This document shows positions 18,626 through 28,052 of a stretch of 64,000 nt of DNA, piece after piece (positions within the stretch are counted from its first letter, which is position 1; every line of letters begins with the position of its first letter). The position numbers and the translations under genes are program-made. The notes under the pieces were generated by a model. That model made no database searches, was not told the DNA's origin, and saw only the letters and a program-made list of their open reading frames with translations. The stretch comes from an uncultured virus (IMG/VR IMGVR_UViG_3300037963_005433) (Duplodnaviria; Heunggongvirae; Uroviricota; Caudoviricetes), in the IMG/VR virus record IMGVR_UViG_3300037963_005433, positions 1 through 64,000 of that record; one strand, given 5' to 3'.

Positions 18626-20221
18626 ATGGCTAAAAGAAGCGGAAGTTCTTTCGGTTCTTTCAATAAAACACAAGACTTCAGTACAAATAGAGTACTGCCT
18701 ATCCGGACTGAGTTTTCTCAAGGCTCTGTTCCGGACTCTATTTATAGCGCCAACAGAGAATCTGCTTGGTCTAGATGGCGTAGAGGTTTTGAAATCTATG
18801 CCAATAGCCTGTATGACGAAGCGTATTCATATACCTTTAACTACCTTATTCCACTACCACCAGGAACAGTTTTACCTCCAGGTGTGAACCCGCCGCAAGT
18901 CCCCGGTATTTGCCAAGGATTTCCAACGAAAAACAAAGAACTTGGCATGCATTGGGCAGGTGTGCGTGTTGGTGGAAGCCTTAGGTTTGACAACTTACGA
19001 GGTGGTGGTGGCGTCACTGCTTCCATTAAAGCCGTGACGGAAGATGAAGATTTCTGGTATGTAGAACTGAACGGTGGTTGGGATGAAGATACACCATTGC
19101 CACCTCCTTTGTTTATTCCTCCTGTCGTTGTAGGAGGCAGAGAGATTGTTCCAAAACAATACCCAATCAACGGCGAAATCTTAGAAGATCGTGTTGTTGA
19201 GGTTGGTGGTGCTCCTATAACAGCAGCAACTATTGACCCCGCCACACAAAAACGATACGGCTATATTCAGGCAGTTTTAGTCGAAACAGACGAAGTAAAG
19301 GGAATTTTAAAGCTCCAAAAGCTTGGTTCTGTTGAAGCTACTCCGGACGGTGTGTTCCAAACACCAGCACGTGAAGACCCTCATGTTGGAAGATTTTTAA
19401 TTACAGGGACAAGATACTGTTGCTCTTGCCAAGATTTTTCAAGACGTGATTACTATTTCATGTCTCAGCTTGGTGCAACAAACAAAAAAGCTTTCCCTCG
19501 AACTAATGTTGCGACGCTGCGCCCTGGCCGGTTTGAAATCATGACCGGTACAGAAGGTAATGCAAACGCGGTTAACAATAATGCAATGACTAGCGCACAG
19601 CTGGATCGACAGATGGAAATTCGCGCACCATCTGCACAATACAATATCCCTCCACAAGTTACACCGAACAGCTCAACTGTCCGTGGAACTACCCGTGACA
19701 ACCCGGGGGTATTCCGGTCGTTTGGTGGACGTTACCTTCGCAATAACCCGTTGCCTTCATTGGAGGGAGCTGTTGCAGAAGGACCTCCTCTATACAGGGA
19801 TTATAAAACTGTCAAAAACGAAGACGGAAGTTTTACGATCACGGAGCTAACTGACTTCTGGACACCTTTGCTGGATGAGATGCGTTATTGCAAACACATC
19901 TATGCAATGAAGTTTGCTGAAAAAGTTTTTCCACCAGAACCTTCAGATCTTCCTGTCGCCATGGGAAGTATTGTTGAATGGGAACGTGATCTTGTTGAAA
20001 AAACAAACCGAGAGAACCAAACGGCTGCGTACGAATTGTCAGTTCGCGGTTTATCCAAAATGGATGTACCTCCATACAATTGCCAGGCACCAATGATGAT
20101 GCCAATGTTCCAAAAATTATTCAACGTTCCATCTACGTTTATTTTGATGGAGGGTTTTAGAATGTATGACAAGAATGGTAAAGAATACAATCCATCTGAA
20201 AACGAAGGACCGGCGACTTAA
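18626..20221 (+). CDS. 531-aa protein with a split SWIM-like Zn motif
   Basis: YCCSCQDF ... 153 aa ... YCKHIYA. Confidence 0.6.
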   Translation: MAKRSGSSFGSFNKTQDFSTNRVLPIRTEFSQGSVPDSIYSANRESAWSRWRRGFEIYANSLYDEAYSYTFNYLIPLPPGTVLPPGVNPPQVPGICQGFPTKNKELGMHWAGVRVGGSLRFDNLRGGGGVTASIKAVTEDEDFWYVELNGGWDEDTPLPPPLFIPPVVVGGREIVPKQYPINGEILEDRVVEVGGAPITAATIDPATQKRYGYIQAVLVETDEVKGILKLQKLGSVEATPDGVFQTPAREDPHVGRFLITGTRYCCSCQDFSRRDYYFMSQLGATNKKAFPRTNVATLRPGRFEIMTGTEGNANAVNNNAMTSAQLDRQMEIRAPSAQYNIPPQVTPNSSTVRGTTRDNPGVFRSFGGRYLRNNPLPSLEGAVAEGPPLYRDYKTVKNEDGSFTITELTDFWTPLLDEMRYCKHIYAMKFAEKVFPPEPSDLPVAMGSIVEWERDLVEKTNRENQTAAYELSVRGLSKMDVPPYNCQAPMMMPMFQKLFNVPSTFILMEGFRMYDKNGKEYNPSENEGPAT

Positions 20222-20443
20222 ATGGCTGATTTTGGTGAGATTGTAGACGGTACGTTTGTACTTTCTCCAGAGCAAGTTGAAACACGTAAGTATGGCTTTA
20301 GTGATATTAAAGCCAGCGGTATCCCAACGATTTATCATGCTGGTGATGTTGTAAATCTTCCTTATACAACAGGGGAAACCTCAACCATTGAAGCGATTGG
20401 CTTGGCTTGGTCAGCTTTTTCAAGCGGGATAGGACCTGCTTAA
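20222..20443 (+). CDS. Small hypothetical protein
   Basis: Abuts the upstream stop codon. Confidence 0.6.
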   Translation: MADFGEIVDGTFVLSPEQVETRKYGFSDIKASGIPTIYHAGDVVNLPYTTGETSTIEAIGLAWSAFSSGIGPA

Positions 20444-20507
20444 AACTATTTTTGCGGATGAAGATCAAAGTTGATACGATTCAACTAAGACATCTTTAAT
20501 CATCTAC

Positions 20508-21167
20508 GTGAAAAAATTTCTTGCATCCGTTTTAGCAGTTGCTGCATTAACGACACCTGTTTTTGCTGGAGAAGAGAAAGTTAAAAGGTGGCGCAGCTTT
20601 GATTCTGTGGGCTGCATGATGCTGCGGGAATGCACTGAGGATGTAGAGCGGATAAAAACCTGGTCAGACCTAGGCCCAGAATACGCACTTGCAGGATCCG
20701 AACTAGACGGAATTATTGCAGCACTAGACAAAATCGGCGCAGGAATTTTTGTAGCCGATGAAAAATATTTTGCAATGAGGATGCGCGGTGTTTATGACGT
20801 TCGTTTAAACAACATCTTTTTGAACAAGTTCTACTTGGATCAGCCCACCAAGATGATTCAGGTCATTCGCCATGAAGCATGGCATACCGCACAAGACTGC
20901 ATGGCGGGAACTTTAGACAACACGTTTACAGCTTTGATTTTCCCCGAGGAAGATGTCCCTGACTGGATTCGTAGAGGAGCAGAGCGGACGTATCCAAAAA
21001 ACGTATTGCCTTTTGAAGCCGAGGCAATGTGGGCAATGTATGTAGAAGAGAAGACCAAAGACGCCTTAGAGGTTTGTGCGGGACCCCTGAAAATGTGGGA
21101 GCACTACACCCCTACCCCTTTAACAGGCGAGTGGCTGAAAGACAAGGGATTTATGAAGGAAGGTTAA
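20508..21167 (+). CDS. Secreted HExxH metallopeptidase-like protein
   Basis: Signal peptide MKKFLASVLAVAALTTPVFA; VIRHEAWHTAQDCM. Confidence 0.75.
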   Translation: MKKFLASVLAVAALTTPVFAGEEKVKRWRSFDSVGCMMLRECTEDVERIKTWSDLGPEYALAGSELDGIIAALDKIGAGIFVADEKYFAMRMRGVYDVRLNNIFLNKFYLDQPTKMIQVIRHEAWHTAQDCMAGTLDNTFTALIFPEEDVPDWIRRGAERTYPKNVLPFEAEAMWAMYVEEKTKDALEVCAGPLKMWEHYTPTPLTGEWLKDKGFMKEG

Positions 21168-21292
21168 AACAAAAGATTTGTTACTGATTGTATAATCTTA
21201 TTAAGTCTCATGGGACTTATTAAGGACTTCTGTACTCGCTCGCGGTTCCTGCTCCGGATGACTATTGTTCTGGGACACTAACCAATACAGTC

Positions 21293-21715
21293 ATGACACA
21301 TACCCCTCCCAACGACCAAACCATCGTTGATGAGTATTTTAAACTACGAACGAATCGAAGACGCAGCCGACTAGCTTGGCTGTTTGGTATGATTGCGACC
21401 TATGGCCTTACTCCAGACGCCCTAGAAGGCTTCTCTTGGGGGCCTGAGGCCTCGATCCACATACAAGGCAAACGCCGCCCTGTAAGCCCTGTACACCCTC
21501 AATGGGCTATAATTTTCAGGCTAAAAGAAGAGCAGCCCCGCAACTGGCAGGACTGCTTGCAATCTCTGTCTGAACAGTTGTACTGCGCAATGGCGTATCA
21601 AAAGGTAGGCGTAAACATCACCGACCTTCTGCTATCGCATCAACTGCGGAAACGTTTGTATCGATCCGTCAAGCGGCCTCGGAAAGTACTCCGACATCTT
21701 GCAAGTGTTTCTTGA
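21293..21715 (+). CDS. Degenerate tyrosine-integrase-like protein
   Basis: WLFGMIATYGLTP and PVHPQW resemble cyanobacterial integrase W.YGMLATYGLRP.E and P..P.W, but the catalytic Arg is absent. Confidence 0.5.
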   Translation: MTHTPPNDQTIVDEYFKLRTNRRRSRLAWLFGMIATYGLTPDALEGFSWGPEASIHIQGKRRPVSPVHPQWAIIFRLKEEQPRNWQDCLQSLSEQLYCAMAYQKVGVNITDLLLSHQLRKRLYRSVKRPRKVLRHLASVS

Positions 21716-21887
21716 CAGCAACAACGTTCCAGCGGTAGCTGTCACGCGAAAACGTGTTTGAAAAAGCTGCAAAGTGCGGCCCGAGCTTCAGTGTGCCGTC
21801 GTCGCGGTACTGAAAAAGAGTTTTGCGATCAAGGCCCAGGATTTCACCTGCCTTATTGGCAGATACCCATGAAGACTTGGAAGCCAT
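21669..21887 (-). CDS. Excisionase/MerR-like winged-HTH protein
   Basis: WVSANKAGEILGLDRKTLFQYR..LKLGPHF..YRWN. Confidence 0.75.
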   Translation of the reverse strand: MASKSSWVSANKAGEILGLDRKTLFQYRDDGTLKLGPHFAAFSNTFSRDSYRWNVVAVKKHLQDVGVLSEAA

Positions 21888-22021
21888 GCTGTGTGAGGCG
21901 TGGATACTTCATCACGGTATAAACCCTTACTGAGGTGTCAAGCGACTTCAGAAAGTCTTTATCTGTTTGTTTTGAAGTGTAAATATCTACTCGTAGAATT
22001 AATTAACGGCAACTAAAGAGT

Positions 22022-22393
22022 ATGTTCAATTGTGAACAGGATCCCCTTTCCCTGCTCATTGAAATCACTCCAAAGTTAGCGAAACGACGTTATCGACAAT
22101 CAATATACGAAGCCTGGGACCACTGCTGTGGATACTGTGGCGAAGAAGCAACAAGTTTAGATCACATCGTACCAAGGTTTAAATCCGGCTCAAACAACAG
22201 GAACAATCTGGTTCCGGCCTGTCGTCGCTGTAACCAGAACAAAGCTTCCCACGATATGGAGGAATGGTACCGGAAACAGGCTTATTTCTGTCCTGACCGA
22301 CTAGCCAAAATCGTTACATGGCAAGAACAGGAGGTTATCGACATCTTTGTTTATAATAATGAGATTGAGTCGATAAACCTGGCGGCAGGATAG
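22022..22393 (+). CDS. HNH endonuclease
   Basis: CGYCG..SLDHIVPRFKSG..NLVPACRRCNQNK. Confidence 0.92.
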   Translation: MFNCEQDPLSLLIEITPKLAKRRYRQSIYEAWDHCCGYCGEEATSLDHIVPRFKSGSNNRNNLVPACRRCNQNKASHDMEEWYRKQAYFCPDRLAKIVTWQEQEVIDIFVYNNEIESINLAAG

Positions 22394-24987
22394 TGGGTCT
22401 TTATTACGATAGCTCCAAAGGATGGAAGCTTAAAAACGAAAAAACCAACTACAAAACCGACTATCGGACTAATTATCCTACGGACCTAACAAAAAAAGAA
22501 AAATATAAAGTAGAAAAGTGTAGTGGATGGTGGATTTTCAAGCGTTGCTGGAAAGAAACAAGAACCAGAACGGTTCCCGATACGAAGAAAAACCGGGAAA
22601 ACACAATAAAAAACAGTACAAACAAAAAAAATAATAAAGAGAATAAAGCGTTAAATAAAAAAAATACTGCACTTAACGATGCCTATAAAACTACTTTGTC
22701 AGCTGCCAATAGCACGAAAGGTGGTGACTATGTAAAAAAACGGGCGCTAATTCGTAAGGTTGGAGGGGTCGATAAAAAAGTCCTCAACAAACTAGAAGAT
22801 AGCTATAAAGATTTTTACCGAAAAGAAAAGCTAAAAACTTGGGATGTCAGTAAAGGAGCAAAACCTCCTTATGGAACTTTTGATCCAAAATATTATGGGA
22901 AAACAAACCCCACTGTTGCAGAAGCTTGGAAAGCCGCAGTTGCAGACGATGACATTGATATCACCGAACGGTATGGAAGCAGTGGTGGGTACTATTTAGG
23001 CCATTACACAAATCAAGGCAAAGCTGCGGGCAATCGTGGCAATGCTGCAGAAGAACTTACCGCTGCCAATATTTATTCCGAAAAGCCGACTGATAAAGAT
23101 TTTGAAGACATCCGTACACTTCAGCTTGGTGTAGACACTGGTTCGCAAACTGATCGTCTGTTGCGCGTGCCCGAAGTTGCCGCTCAATGGGAAAAAGCAA
23201 AACGAGATGATCCTTATTGGGAAAAGCTAGCGAAAGAAAACTTTTTAGATGTTACTAAAAAGGATGATTTTGTTGCGTTATTCCGCTTGTCCCAACGCCA
23301 AGAAGATAAAGACGTTAAGTTTAAATATGCGATGGAGGCCGGTCAACCTACTGGCATTACTGACTTAGAAGACGCGATATCCACTGCCGTCGGCTCTAAA
23401 GCCATAGTTGATGTTAAAAAGTTTGGTGCGTTAACTCAAGATGTTTTAAAACAGACAATTGCGGAAATGAATAAAGCACGCCAGCAAGAACAAATGCTGG
23501 ATCTCTATAAAGGTTTTAGTGGCTTTAGTGAAATTACCGGTATCAATCAAACACTAACTGAAAGTATCTTGGGGGATACAGGCGTTGGCGGTATCCTGTC
23601 TTTCACTGGCGGCGGCAAGGCAGAGGAATCCTTGGAGAAAAGTCTGCAAAACATTACTGGTGTAAAGAACGAAGCTACATATAACTGGCAACAGTGGTTT
23701 GATAACACCTTAAAAGAACGTTATCAAGATGACCTAGAACTTGGATATACAGTAGATAATGCAGAAGAAAAAATTAAAATTGAAGGTGATTTTGCACGTC
23801 AATTTATTGATGATTATTTGAATCCTCGTTTTAATACTTCCCGTTCTATGGACGAGTTTGTTGAGTATCTCGACGTTCGTCAAGAAGAACAGAATCCTTT
23901 CCAAACACAAGATATTGTCAACGCTACTTCTCAGGTTGCAGATATTCGTGCCCGTAAATATCTTGATGACCTCCGTGGAGAAAGCGCACGTGGCTTTGAT
24001 CCAACGTTCTATTTTAATCCCACAGGGGATGCTGGTAGAGCTACACGATATGCAGAACAGTCAAAAATTGTTAATGAGGATTGGGAAAAGTTCCAGAAAA
24101 AAGATCCATATTGGACACAGCAAGCTTATCGCTTTGGTGTTGGACCTAATGATAAAGAAGGATTTGCCAGAATGCATTTCCAACTGGTAGGACAGAACTT
24201 TAAAGATAAGGACGGAGATCCAGCTCCATTCGATCCCGCAGAAGATATTGTGAACGCTTCGAAGGTCAAGGATGAAATCTATAAAAATATTCTTCCTGCT
24301 TTGGAAAAAGAAGCTCTTGAACAAGGATCAGTCTTTGGGCAATTTGTCACTCCAGAAGAATTTGCTGACGAAGTTATAAAAGGATTAGACCCAGAAAATC
24401 AGGAGGAGTATGAAAAGGTACTGAAGCAATACGGACTTGACGACTTCGCTGGAAGTATTGAGGAACTAAAAGATTACATTGTCGAAACTTTACGCACCGG
24501 TTCTGCTCAACAGATCCGTGAAAATATTAAATATCTAAACGAAAAACGACAGGACCCAACACAAGCAAAACTTGGCATTACTTACATTGATCGTCCCGAA
24601 GATTTCAAAAATGAACAAGCTAAGCCTGACACTGAATTATATAAAGTTTTTCAGAAGGCAGGCTACCAGGGCACAGAAGATGACTTCTATACCAAGTTTT
24701 TCCCTGATTTAGAACGTTCAGAGCAAAAACTGTTAACCGTAGGAGGCCGTGATGAAGCCTTGAAAACCACTAACCTTGACTTCAGTGACCCGTTTGCATC
24801 CCTTGGCACAATTCAAAGTTTCTTTGATGCAGACGAAGCGGATCAACAAGACTCCGATAGGGATACAACTAAAAAAGATAAAAGTTACTTCAACTTAAAC
24901 TTAGATGATGACGATGATGAGGATTACAAGTCCAAGCGTGGACAAGAGATCCTCGGAGAATTTACCTCGATGTTTAAAGGTTTCTGA
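22393..24987 (+). CDS. 864-aa protein, putative large virion protein
   Basis: Long ORF with basic N-terminus, repeated FDP..Y/DPYW motifs and acidic C-terminus. Confidence 0.7.
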   Translation: MGLYYDSSKGWKLKNEKTNYKTDYRTNYPTDLTKKEKYKVEKCSGWWIFKRCWKETRTRTVPDTKKNRENTIKNSTNKKNNKENKALNKKNTALNDAYKTTLSAANSTKGGDYVKKRALIRKVGGVDKKVLNKLEDSYKDFYRKEKLKTWDVSKGAKPPYGTFDPKYYGKTNPTVAEAWKAAVADDDIDITERYGSSGGYYLGHYTNQGKAAGNRGNAAEELTAANIYSEKPTDKDFEDIRTLQLGVDTGSQTDRLLRVPEVAAQWEKAKRDDPYWEKLAKENFLDVTKKDDFVALFRLSQRQEDKDVKFKYAMEAGQPTGITDLEDAISTAVGSKAIVDVKKFGALTQDVLKQTIAEMNKARQQEQMLDLYKGFSGFSEITGINQTLTESILGDTGVGGILSFTGGGKAEESLEKSLQNITGVKNEATYNWQQWFDNTLKERYQDDLELGYTVDNAEEKIKIEGDFARQFIDDYLNPRFNTSRSMDEFVEYLDVRQEEQNPFQTQDIVNATSQVADIRARKYLDDLRGESARGFDPTFYFNPTGDAGRATRYAEQSKIVNEDWEKFQKKDPYWTQQAYRFGVGPNDKEGFARMHFQLVGQNFKDKDGDPAPFDPAEDIVNASKVKDEIYKNILPALEKEALEQGSVFGQFVTPEEFADEVIKGLDPENQEEYEKVLKQYGLDDFAGSIEELKDYIVETLRTGSAQQIRENIKYLNEKRQDPTQAKLGITYIDRPEDFKNEQAKPDTELYKVFQKAGYQGTEDDFYTKFFPDLERSEQKLLTVGGRDEALKTTNLDFSDPFASLGTIQSFFDADEADQQDSDRDTTKKDKSYFNLNLDDDDDEDYKSKRGQEILGEFTSMFKGF

Positions 24988-25286
24988 TGGCTGATAAACG
25001 CAAAAAAGCAGCAAAAGCAGCCAAGCTTGCCAAGGACAAGATGGCTTGCAATAAACCTAAAAAGACTCCGGGACATCCAACGAAGTCACACGTCGTAAAA
25101 GCTTGTAAAGACGGAGAAGAAAAAATCGTCCGCTTTGGTCAGCAGGGTGTAAAAGGCGCTGGCAAGAATCCGAAGACAGCCAAAGAGAAAGCACGTAGGA
25201 AGTCATATTATGCTCGACATAATGCACAGGATAGTAAACCTGACAAGTTTTCTGCCCGTTATTGGAGTCACAAAGTCAAATGGTAA
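24987..25286 (+). CDS. Small basic phage protein
   Basis: KSHVVKAC..EKIVRFGQQG..RKSYYARH..SARYWS motif, recalled from other marine phages. Confidence 0.75.
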   Translation: MADKRKKAAKAAKLAKDKMACNKPKKTPGHPTKSHVVKACKDGEEKIVRFGQQGVKGAGKNPKTAKEKARRKSYYARHNAQDSKPDKFSARYWSHKVKW

Positions 25287-25459
25287 GCGTTGAGATGGAA
25301 ATGTCCATCGAAGATTGTCAGGTTTTATACCAGGCAGTCTGTGATGCTCTTCAACACTGGCCGGGTTCTCCTGCCAGGCCTAAAGAACAACAGGAAAAAT
25401 TTAGGCAAATGAAGTTCTTCCTGTTTAGCATTATGTGCGAAGCTTCTTTGGATTCATGA
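25280..25459 (+). CDS. Small hypothetical protein
   Basis: WPGSPARP.EQQE motif; likely ATG at 25280. Confidence 0.6.
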   Translation: MVSVEMEMSIEDCQVLYQAVCDALQHWPGSPARPKEQQEKFRQMKFFLFSIMCEASLDS

Positions 25460-25569
25460 AAAAAGCCGACGGTTACATTCAGGCACGTCCCAAAAAAACA
25501 CGTCAGGGTCAAGGAAAGCATTCAAAACCTACAGGTAACAAGAAAAAGTATCGCGGTCAAGGTAAATAA
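25456..25569 (+). CDS. 37-aa basic peptide MKKADGYIQARPKKTRQGQGK...YRGQGK (not in ORF track)
   Basis: ATGA coupling; PKKTRQG...KYRGQG motif recalled from cyanophages. Confidence 0.65.
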   Translation: MKKADGYIQARPKKTRQGQGKHSKPTGNKKKYRGQGK

Positions 25570-25604
25570 TTTGTGTATGATTGGAGGTAATGCTTATTAC
25601 CTCC

Positions 25605-26264
25605 ATGGCGGATTATTCGCTAGCTGTAGAACTTATTCGTAAGTATGAAGGGTATAGCGAAAAAGCATACCCTGATCCTTCTACTGGAGAAGAGCCGTAC
25701 ACCCTTGGCTTTGGCACGCAGTTTTATCCGGATGGTTCTCCGGTAAGACAAGGCCAGCGATGTACGTACGAAAAGGCAGTCGAGTATTTATTCAACGAAA
25801 TTACTGTTATTGAAGCGCAATTACGCAAGCTGAATCTGGGTTTAGATCCCTACATGACCCAGGCTTTGGTGTCGTTTATACATTCAGTTGGCTGGGAATC
25901 TTTCCTGTACAGCGAAGTTATTGACAATATTGAACGCGAAGATTTTCATGGAGCAACCCTGGTCATGTCCGACTGGGTCTTCGATGCAGAGCACAAAGTT
26001 ATTGGGGGTTTAATTGATCGACGACGTGAAGAAGCCGAGCTTTTTCTCACTGAAATTGATCCCGAAGAAGATTATGGCACCGATATTTTACTTCGTGCTT
26101 TCCGCTATTACTCAGCTTCCAGGCATCAAGTAGGTGCGATTAGGCAGCTGGAAACCCAGATCAGTCCTTATGTCTTGGCTGAGTTTGCAAACTCATTCCG
26201 TGTCCAAGAAGACCCTTGGGCAGCGCTAACCGACTCGGAGTTGAATGCTATCTTTGACGTGTAG
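25605..26264 (+). CDS. Lysozyme (GH24-like endolysin)
   Basis: LIRKYEG..AYPDP..TLGFGT and GLIDRRREEAELF; an alternative in-frame ATG lies at 25590. Confidence 0.88.
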   Translation: MADYSLAVELIRKYEGYSEKAYPDPSTGEEPYTLGFGTQFYPDGSPVRQGQRCTYEKAVEYLFNEITVIEAQLRKLNLGLDPYMTQALVSFIHSVGWESFLYSEVIDNIEREDFHGATLVMSDWVFDAEHKVIGGLIDRRREEAELFLTEIDPEEDYGTDILLRAFRYYSASRHQVGAIRQLETQISPYVLAEFANSFRVQEDPWAALTDSELNAIFDV

Positions 26265-26295
26265 CCTTAGAATAACGGAAGCAAAAGAAATCGAA

Positions 26296-26583
26296 ATGGA
26301 ACGTTCTGTGGAGCCTAGAGAATTTCATTTACCACTTGAACTTCAATTTTCGATGCGGAAAGCAGAAATATGTGCCCAGGAAATGACTTGGGAGCAGCTA
26401 CATGCAGCCCTATTGAACTTGTACCACCAAAGATTAATGGAATGGTATGCAATTAAGTCCCTCATGGAAGATGAAAATATCCAAATTGACTTCGATGTGC
26501 CCACCGAATTGGAATTGGCCGAGTTGGCTGTAAGTCAGATGTTCGACGCTGACGAAGATGAAGACGATGTAACTCCTTTTTGA
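26296..26583 (+). CDS. nblA: Phycobilisome degradation protein NblA-like, with acidic C-terminal extension
   Basis: LPLELQFSMR..QEMTWEQL..LLNLYHQ matches NblA LSLEQQFSIR..QNMSHDQA..LVKLYEQ. Confidence 0.75.
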   Translation: MERSVEPREFHLPLELQFSMRKAEICAQEMTWEQLHAALLNLYHQRLMEWYAIKSLMEDENIQIDFDVPTELELAELAVSQMFDADEDEDDVTPF

Positions 26584-26597
26584 GCGGATAAACAGAC

Positions 26598-26915
26598 ATG
26601 CTGTCTACTGAGTACCGCAAGCGGCTTGAATTCATTTGTTCACGTATTGCCGAGAAACAAGAGGTTTTGTTAGAAGACATGATCTGGGCCGAAAAATTAG
26701 CCAAGGCGAATCGTTCGGCAGCCGAGATCTTACGTCGTGCCAGGCGTTTGTCCCGAAATCCAGAGATGAAAGCAGATAGCTTGGACGGATTTATGAACGC
26801 TATGGATTTAGGAGATCCTGATCCAACAAATCACCGGACCACATTTAAGGATCCGGATGACATTGTCGAATGGTTTAGCCAAGAGAAAACAGATGACTGG
26901 CGTCAAAGAGACTGA
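26598..26915 (+). CDS. Conserved cyanophage hypothetical protein
   Basis: MLSTEYRKRLEFIC...DMIWAEKLAKAN...DWRQRD family, recalled from cyanophages. Confidence 0.75.
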   Translation: MLSTEYRKRLEFICSRIAEKQEVLLEDMIWAEKLAKANRSAAEILRRARRLSRNPEMKADSLDGFMNAMDLGDPDPTNHRTTFKDPDDIVEWFSQEKTDDWRQRD

Positions 26916-26920
26916 TGTGA

Positions 26921-27490
26921 TCAGTCACCAAGTTCAATCAAGCGCTCAAGATACCACTGCGCTTTCTGTAAGCTCTCAATACCCCCTTTCTGCCGTTCTC
27001 GCCAAACGTACTTTGCCGCGCATCCTTTTAGGTACCCTCTATATTCTTCACGTGTTAATTGTGCTTCGATCGCTTCAATGCATTCAATGGATCCGGAAGT
27101 GTAGTGAGCGGGGTGGTTAACCGGATCGGAAGTTAGATCGATATCTTCTTCCCAAATTTCTTTGTGTTTTGCAAGGTAAGTGTCCCAAGGGGTTTCACGC
27201 TTTTCCTTGGCACTACGCTTCTCTTCTTCATTATCTTTTGCCCAGGGCACAGGACAAATACCCCCTGGGCAGTCAGAGATTTCTTCGTTTCCTACCGGCT
27301 CAAACCACGCCTTTTCTTCGACTGGGCCATCATTTCCTCCGACGGTGCTCCCAGATCCATCAGAATCATCTTTGACTTCGGTGAGGCTCCAGCTTCCGCT
27401 CCTTCCTCCATCGACGGAATGTATCCGGTCAATCCCGGACGCTCCATCGGTTCTGTCCCTAGATTCTTTCTTTCCATTCCCTCTTGACAC
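26921..27490 (-). CDS. DUF3310 (SaV/T7 gp1.7-like) protein
   Basis: DPVNHPAHYT.G.IECIEAI..KYVWR..KGG.ESLQKAQWYL; GTG start with GAGGA SD. Confidence 0.8.
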   Translation of the reverse strand: MSRGNGKKESRDRTDGASGIDRIHSVDGGRSGSWSLTEVKDDSDGSGSTVGGNDGPVEEKAWFEPVGNEEISDCPGGICPVPWAKDNEEEKRSAKEKRETPWDTYLAKHKEIWEEDIDLTSDPVNHPAHYTSGSIECIEAIEAQLTREEYRGYLKGCAAKYVWRERQKGGIESLQKAQWYLERLIELGD

Positions 27491-27636
27491 AATGACAATC
27501 CTCTGTTCTGGTTGTCATATAAGGGTACATCATTTTCTTCATTAGCGATTGGCTGACCGAAATCCATTTCGGAAACCATACGACATTTAACTTCGTCTTC
27601 GACGAAAGAATCTAAGAAGCCGACTGCGTCGAGCAT
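27292..27636 (-). CDS. Hypothetical protein overlapping the DUF3310 gene
   Basis: First ORF after the divergent AT-rich region. Confidence 0.55.
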   Translation of the reverse strand: MLDAVGFLDSFVEDEVKCRMVSEMDFGQPIANEENDVPLYDNQNRGLSLCQEGMERKNLGTEPMERPGLTGYIPSMEEGAEAGASPKSKMILMDLGAPSEEMMAQSKKRRGLSR

Positions 27637-27677
27637 GACTATAACCCGCGTTGATTTATTGCTTTTACAATAATACT

Positions 27678-28052
27678 ATGGCAAGTTTCTTTGATCCCAC
27701 CTACGATCCAAGCCGCGACTCGGCGTCGTCAGGTGTTGAAGTATCTGATCTTAATCCTGAAAAGATTTACGATACGGACTTACGTCGTTTTGAAGAAGAT
27801 AAGCGTTCAAACATTGAGAGCCTGAACAATAAACAAGAACGTATTGGTAAGTTTTTTAGGGCCGCCAAGAGTGCTGGTGCCTACAGACAAAGAGCTGGCA
27901 TTGCAGAGCCCACAATCCGGGGCAAAACCCCCAGAAACCCAGCGATTATCGCTGGTTCAGAGTTGCCCAGCATGGGGGATACTTACGGGCCTGTGGGGAG
28001 CACTAACTACCCCAACAAGCCCCAACCGTACGCAGGTCGTCCTTACGGCTAA
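27678..28052 (+). CDS. Hypothetical protein
   Basis: TACAAT at 27666-27671 just before ATG 27678. Confidence 0.65.
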   Translation: MASFFDPTYDPSRDSASSGVEVSDLNPEKIYDTDLRRFEEDKRSNIESLNNKQERIGKFFRAAKSAGAYRQRAGIAEPTIRGKTPRNPAIIAGSELPSMGDTYGPVGSTNYPNKPQPYAGRPYG

